Below are positions 59,208 through 64,000 of a stretch of 64,000 bases of DNA, one piece after another. The first letter of the stretch is position 1. Each line of letters starts with the position of its first letter. The stretch lies in contig JAXHNB010000001.1 in NCBI GenBank assembly GCA_034520945.1, positions 64,001 through 128,000 on the forward strand. The letters run 5' to 3'. Under the pieces are notes generated by a model, which was not told the origin of the DNA, made no database searches, and saw only the letters and a list, made by a program, of their open reading frames with translations. The position numbers and the translations under genes were made by a program. This DNA comes from Trueperaceae bacterium (GTDB lineage Bacteria; Deinococcota; Deinococci; Deinococcales; Trueperaceae).

Positions 59208-60229
59208 GCTGCCTGAACCTCCTTCATGACTCGCGCCAGGAGGTTGTCGATGATGTTGTCGACCGTCAAGCCCTCGGCGGCGCCCATGTAGTTGAGGTGC
59301 ACGCGGTGGCGTAGCGTCGGAAGCGCCATCGCTTGGAGATCGTCGAACGCGACGTTGAAGCGGCCCTCCAACATCGCACGGGCTTTGGCGGCCAGTAGCA
59401 GGCTCTGGGCGCCACGCGGGCTGATACCGAACCGCACGAACCGTCCCACCTCGTCGGAGACGGCATCGAGCTGTGGTTGACTGGAACGCGCCATCCGGGC
59501 CACGGTCCGAGCGACCGCCGCGGGGACGTGCACGCTACGGGCCAGCGTCTGCAGTCGCAGGATGTGGTCGGACGACACCACCGACGCGACGGCCTCTTCC
59601 GGAGCCCCGGTCGTTTGTTGCAGGATGCGGACGACGGAGTCCTCGCTCGGGTAGGTGATGAGCACCTTGAGTAGGAAGCGGTCGATCTGCGCTTCGGGAA
59701 GGTCGTAGGTGCCCTCCATCTCGATCGGGTTTTGGGTCGCGAGGACGAAGAATGGGTCCGGTAGCACGTGTTCCGCGCCGCCTGCGGTCACGGTGTGCTC
59801 CTGCATGGCCTCCAGCAGCGCAGATTGCGTCTTGGGTGTGGCGCGGTTGATCTCATCGGTCAGCACAAGCTGTCCGAAGATCGGACCCGCCTCAAAGCGT
59901 GTGGCGGCATGACCTGCCTCGTCGTGGTACAGCACGTTGGCGCCCGTGATGTCCGCCGGCATGAGGTCGGGCGTGAATTGGACACGGGAGAAATCCAGAC
60001 CACATACGCGCGCAAGGGTGCGGACCAACAGCGTCTTGCCGAGCCCTGGTGCTCCCTCGATGAGGACGTGGCCGCCGGCGATGAGGGCGATCAGCAGCTG
60101 ATCGACCACCTGTTCCTGCCCGACGATCACGCGGTTGACGGTGTCGCGACCCTCTTGGAGGGCGCGGACGAGCGTGTCGACGTCGCCGGTGTCGACTGGG
60201 GTCGCGTTGCGCTCCTTGTGTTCGGTCAT
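59204..60229 (-). CDS. MoxR-family AAA+ ATPase
   Basis: GAPGLGKT, QFTPDLMPAD, DEINRATPKTQSALLEAMQE, ATQNPIE, DRF, SPRG. Confidence 0.95.
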   Translation of the reverse strand: MTEHKERNATPVDTGDVDTLVRALQEGRDTVNRVIVGQEQVVDQLLIALIAGGHVLIEGAPGLGKTLLVRTLARVCGLDFSRVQFTPDLMPADITGANVLYHDEAGHAATRFEAGPIFGQLVLTDEINRATPKTQSALLEAMQEHTVTAGGAEHVLPDPFFVLATQNPIEMEGTYDLPEAQIDRFLLKVLITYPSEDSVVRILQQTTGAPEEAVASVVSSDHILRLQTLARSVHVPAAVARTVARMARSSQPQLDAVSDEVGRFVRFGISPRGAQSLLLAAKARAMLEGRFNVAFDDLQAMALPTLRHRVHLNYMGAAEGLTVDNIIDNLLARVMKEVQAA

Positions 60230-60239
60230 GGGTTGTGGA

Positions 60240-61637
60240 TTACCTCCCCGAATTCGCGTCGTCCGACGGTGTGAAGTATTGGCGCACCACGTTGCGGACG
60301 GCAGCGTCGACGGGCGCCTCGTTGGAAGTCGCTTCGTCGACGCGTTGCCAGTCTCCAGTCTGACCCGGCGTGTCCGTGGCTCCCTCCTGGGAGACTTCGG
60401 GTGGAAGTTCGATGTCGATGCGACGTCCTTCCCCACGGTCCGCCGTGGGCAGCGAGACGTCCTCGTCCGGCGTCCGGGGGGTGGCGCCTTGGGGTTCTCC
60501 GTCCATGGGCTGCTCGCCGCCCCCCGCGAGTTCACTGGCTCCGCGGTTGCTGCGTTGCGCGGCTCCAATCACTTCGCCTGCGGCTTCACTGCTTTCCTGC
60601 TCACGCGCTCGTTGTATCGCCTCTTGCTCGGGAGGCCGTTCACCGTACATCACGTCGGTAGGTCCCGCCTCCTGTGGAGCACCCTGACGGATCTCGGCTG
60701 ATGTCGTGTCTACGCCTGAGTCGTCATCCGACGGAGAATCGGACGTTCCTTCGGCCTGCTCCGTCGTTGCCTCGTCCGCCGCTGTCGATGGTGTGAGTCG
60801 AGGCTGGGGCAGCATCTCGAGGTCGTTCGGGGCCTCGGTTGCCTGTGCATCGGGGGCGGCGCCACTCCCCCCGCTGAACGATTGCGTGGGATCAGGAAGA
60901 CCGGCTTCCTCGTAGGCGCGCTGAACGTGTTCCAGCGAGCGTTGGAACCGGCGCTCGGCCTCCTCCTCCGAGAGGTTGCCACCTTCGTTGTCCTCACTGA
61001 GCCGACGCAAGGACTCGCGAGCGGCGCGGACATACGGGTCGTCTTCGCCCCGCCCCTCCTCGTTGAGGTGTTCACGAAACGCCTCGAGGTCGTCGATACC
61101 GACGGTGTCGGCGGTCTGGCTTGGCGTTCCAGTGTCGGGCGTCGGAGCCGACGGCATGGGCCAAGCCATTGCGGCAAAGGTAAGTGGTATGGCCCACCAG
61201 AGGCTGACGTGCACTCCGAGCGGTGCGACCCGCGCGGGTTCCACCTCCTTGGCGTGGCTGCCCGCGTCACGGATGACGGCTTCGTCGAAGGCGCCCCTGT
61301 AGCGACCCGACAGCACCTCCACGGCACTGACGAAACGTTCGTTGGTGCCGTGGCGCAGGTCGATGGCCAAGGCCGTCGCCAACAAGGATTCGGGCCACAT
61401 GACCAATCCCACCAGTTCCAAGGCAACACCAACCGCTACCGACGCCGTGAGTACCGCCATTAGCTCGACCGAGCCCCATCCGAGCAACATCCGCAGGACA
61501 AGGGCGATGCCGGCACCTCCAAGAGCGCCAAAGCTTGCGCCACGGAGAAGGCGCACGGCGACCCTGCGGCGTCGTACCGCGTGGATGGTTCTCCAAAATG
61601 CGCGGACGGTTGGGATCGAAAGGAACTCGTGTCGCAT
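60240..61637 (-). CDS. Hypothetical membrane protein with acidic low-complexity tail (MoxR-operon accessory)
   Basis: Three TM segments, ID...ERFVSAVE, C-terminal VRQYF. Confidence 0.75.
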   Translation of the reverse strand: MRHEFLSIPTVRAFWRTIHAVRRRRVAVRLLRGASFGALGGAGIALVLRMLLGWGSVELMAVLTASVAVGVALELVGLVMWPESLLATALAIDLRHGTNERFVSAVEVLSGRYRGAFDEAVIRDAGSHAKEVEPARVAPLGVHVSLWWAIPLTFAAMAWPMPSAPTPDTGTPSQTADTVGIDDLEAFREHLNEEGRGEDDPYVRAARESLRRLSEDNEGGNLSEEEAERRFQRSLEHVQRAYEEAGLPDPTQSFSGGSGAAPDAQATEAPNDLEMLPQPRLTPSTAADEATTEQAEGTSDSPSDDDSGVDTTSAEIRQGAPQEAGPTDVMYGERPPEQEAIQRAREQESSEAAGEVIGAAQRSNRGASELAGGGEQPMDGEPQGATPRTPDEDVSLPTADRGEGRRIDIELPPEVSQEGATDTPGQTGDWQRVDEATSNEAPVDAAVRNVVRQYFTPSDDANSGR

Positions 61638-61642
61638 GGCGT

Positions 61643-62530
61643 TCAGGGACGTGGGACCGTTCCGGCCACGTTGAAGCGTTCGAGGAGATCGGCGATGACC
61701 CCGTCCTCGATGAGGAACGTTAGTGCCTCGTCTACCGAGGCACGCAGAAACTCGTCTCTGCTACGCATGCCGATTGCGAAGCGTAGCGTAGGGGGTTCGA
61801 AATCGGGATCGTTCCATACCGTCAATGCCGGGGCGCCATCGCGTTCCTCCCACGCCTGGCGGATGCCGGGTTTCCATGCGAGCGCTGCGTCGAGCGTGCC
61901 ATCGGCCAACCGCTCGAACAGTAGTTCGTTGCCCGGGTAGGGGATGCGCCGCAGTTGCTCGCCCTCGGGCCGGGCTCCGTTGTAGGCCGTGAATTCGAGG
62001 TCGCCCTGGCTCAGCATGCGGGTGCCCACCTTCGCGCCGCTGGACAGCCCATCGGTAGTGATGGCGTCGTCGGTCGTCGCAAACACGAATGACGTCTCCA
62101 GGTAGGCGCGAGACACGATCAACCAATCGGGGTAGTTGCGCTCGCCCAGCAAGAAACCTGGGAAGGCCACGCAGTCGTTGGTGAGAAGCACGAAGAGCTC
62201 CTGTTGGTCCACGGGGAAACGATACGAGTAGGCGGGCGTGGGGCGCGTAGCCCGCACCTCCGTGAACTCCGCCTCCAGTAGGAGCGCGTCCGCGACTGCG
62301 GTACCGACGGCGCGTTCGAAATCCTTCAAGGCGCCTTCTTCGTTCAAGCAGAAGCGGATCGTATCGCCCTCGATCTGTCGCCCACGGTTTTCCAGGAACT
62401 CGGGTGGGATGAAGTCGGGTGTGGCGAAGTTGAACTGAGCCGTGGCGTGGGCATTCAATAGGGCTACGCACATGGCGATGAACATGGCAAGAAAAAACCG
62501 TGCGCGACGCGATCTGTAGATGGCAATCAT
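61643..62530 (-). CDS. Quinoprotein-dehydrogenase-associated substrate-binding protein (MxaJ-like)
   Basis: Signal peptide, SBP family 3-like pattern, two Cys; directly downstream of the PQQ dehydrogenase. Confidence 0.7.
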   Translation of the reverse strand: MIAIYRSRRARFFLAMFIAMCVALLNAHATAQFNFATPDFIPPEFLENRGRQIEGDTIRFCLNEEGALKDFERAVGTAVADALLLEAEFTEVRATRPTPAYSYRFPVDQQELFVLLTNDCVAFPGFLLGERNYPDWLIVSRAYLETSFVFATTDDAITTDGLSSGAKVGTRMLSQGDLEFTAYNGARPEGEQLRRIPYPGNELLFERLADGTLDAALAWKPGIRQAWEERDGAPALTVWNDPDFEPPTLRFAIGMRSRDEFLRASVDEALTFLIEDGVIADLLERFNVAGTVPRP

Positions 62531-62573
62531 CAAGATATTCCTTCGGTGGGGGCCGATGGGCCCAAAACGGGAA

Positions 62574-62610
62574 CGCTTTGGGCGATCCTCCTCGTGGATC
62601 GCCCAAAGCG
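62574..62610 (-). terminator. Strong hairpin after the PQQ dehydrogenase gene
   Basis: Perfect 15-bp stem CGCTTTGGGCGATCC/GGATCGCCCAAAGCG, followed on the minus strand by TTCCCGTTTT. Confidence 0.7.
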
Positions 62611-62628
62611 CCTCGTGACGTGTGGCCC

Positions 62629-64000
62629 TCACGGCAGCTTGAACACGTAGAGGGTGTTGCCGGTGTTGGGCACGCTGACCTCGGGCGTCAGCGCGAGGTA
62701 GCCACCCACGACGGCGGCGTTACCGCTGCCGGCAGGAATGGCGATGTACTGCTCGCCATCGACGGAGTAGCTGATGGGATCGCCGGAGACGGAACCGCTG
62801 AGGCGGGTTTCCCATTCCACTTCGCCGGTCTCCGCGTTAAGGGCACGGAAGTTGCGGGCGGAATCGCCACCGAAGATGAGGTTGCCACCGGTGGACAACA
62901 GGGGCATGGTGCCCGTGCGCGTCTCAAACGTCCACAGCGTCTCACCGGTTTCGACGGAGACCGCCTGGACCGTGCCGACGTTCTCCTCGCCGGGGGCGAT
63001 CATGGTATTGAAGCTCAGCCCATACAGATCGGCCGGCGTCCATTCGGCGACACTGATCTCGGGCTCCATACACATGTTCTGCAGCGGCATGTAGATGGCG
63101 TTGGTGTTGGGGTTGTAGGCGCCCGGCATCCAGTTCTTGCCACCCAGCATCGTGGGGCAGACCAGGCCGTAGGGGTCGTCGATGCTGTCGGGGATGACGT
63201 CCTCGTTGACCGTTACTTCACCGCTGCCCGAGACGCTCTCGATGACGTTCTGGCGGACGGTCTCCTTGGCCCACAGGAATTCGCCGGTTTCACGGTCGAG
63301 CGTCCATACGACGCCGGTCTTGCCCGGAATTCCGGTCATGACCTTGTACTCGGTGCCCGGCTCGACGTCCGGGTTCATGGACAGGACGTCGTCCTCGGAC
63401 GGGGCGATCGCGCTATCGACCAGGATGCGCTCGAACGGGTGGTCCATGTCCCAATTGTCGCGGGGCAGGTGCTGGAAGTACCACTCGATCTCGCCGGTGT
63501 CGGCGTTGATGGCGAGGGTGGAGTTGGAGTACAGCACGTCCTCGCCCTCGGTGCCGCGAAGGATCTCCGGGGAGGGGGCGGGCACGGAGGTGCCCCAGTA
63601 GATGAGGTTCAATTCCGGATCAAAGGCGCCGGCTTGGCCCCAGGCGCCGACGTGCAGCCGGCTCTCCAGCGGCAGGTCGCCCCAGGTTTCGCTGCCGGGC
63701 TCGCCGGGACGCGGGATGGTGTGCGTGCGCCACAATTCTTCGCCACTTTCCACGTCATGGGCGGTGATGAAACAGCCGCCGGGCAGCGCCGGGTCGCAGG
63801 CGCGACCGTTCACGACCTTGCCGTCGAGGATGATCGGGCCCGTGGTCTGCGCGATGACGCGGGGGTCGCCCACCGGGGTTTCCCACTCGAGCTGGCCCGT
63901 CTGCGCGTCCAAGGCGATGATGTGCGCATCGTACGTGGCATGGAAAATCTTGTCTTCGTAGATGGCAATGTTACGGGTGATGTTGCCGAGGCCAGCGATG
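62629..64000 (-). CDS. PQQ-dependent dehydrogenase (methanol/ethanol-type beta-propeller), 5' end outside the window
   Basis: Repeated A.D..TG...W tryptophan-docking motifs, LIYWGT, WYFQH.P.D.WD.D, GGKNW, PISYSVDGEQYIA. Confidence 0.92.
   Translation of the reverse strand, partial: IAGLGNITRNIAIYEDKIFHATYDAHIIALDAQTGQLEWETPVGDPRVIAQTTGPIILDGKVVNGRACDPALPGGCFITAHDVESGEELWRTHTIPRPGEPGSETWGDLPLESRLHVGAWGQAGAFDPELNLIYWGTSVPAPSPEILRGTEGEDVLYSNSTLAINADTGEIEWYFQHLPRDNWDMDHPFERILVDSAIAPSEDDVLSMNPDVEPGTEYKVMTGIPGKTGVVWTLDRETGEFLWAKETVRQNVIESVSGSGEVTVNEDVIPDSIDDPYGLVCPTMLGGKNWMPGAYNPNTNAIYMPLQNMCMEPEISVAEWTPADLYGLSFNTMIAPGEENVGTVQAVSVETGETLWTFETRTGTMPLLSTGGNLIFGGDSARNFRALNAETGEVEWETRLSGSVSGDPISYSVDGEQYIAIPAGSGNAAVVGGYLALTPEVSVPNTGNTLYVFKLP

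Overview
High-GC bacterial chromosomal window, very likely Deinococcota (Truepera-like). The L32 N-terminus MAKHPVPKKKTSKARRD and many apparently leaderless genes (TANNNT box 6-7 nt before the start codon) support this. Positions 1-40 kb are mostly core or metabolic genes: proline utilisation, AzlCD, aminotransferases, murJ, yceD-rpmF-fabH-fabD-fabG-acpP-fabF, a two-component system, hisA-mutM, a HexR/RpiR-regulated TRAP sugar-acid cluster, menC-like, and a class III aminotransferase plus GGDEF-EAL module. Positions 40-64 kb are an accessory redox island. It holds a Tat-exported flavin amine oxidase with a dihaem cytochrome c, then pqqA-pqqA-pqqB-pqqC-pqqD-pqqE plus an M19 dipeptidase; both pqqA genes are missing from the ORF track and pqqB starts at ATT. 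Next come a decaying second aminotransferase/GGDEF-EAL copy and an IS1380 element marking a rearrangement junction. The island ends with an atypical PQQ dehydrogenase operon carrying an MxaJ-like binding protein and MoxR/DUF58/VWA chaperones, next to a catalytically dead site-2-protease homologue. The most striking element is an RT-less group II intron inserted exactly at a start codon. It is open in frame from the host AUG across its whole length, and it rebuilds an SD plus AUG at its 3' end. All calls come from reading the sequence only; no database searches were run.
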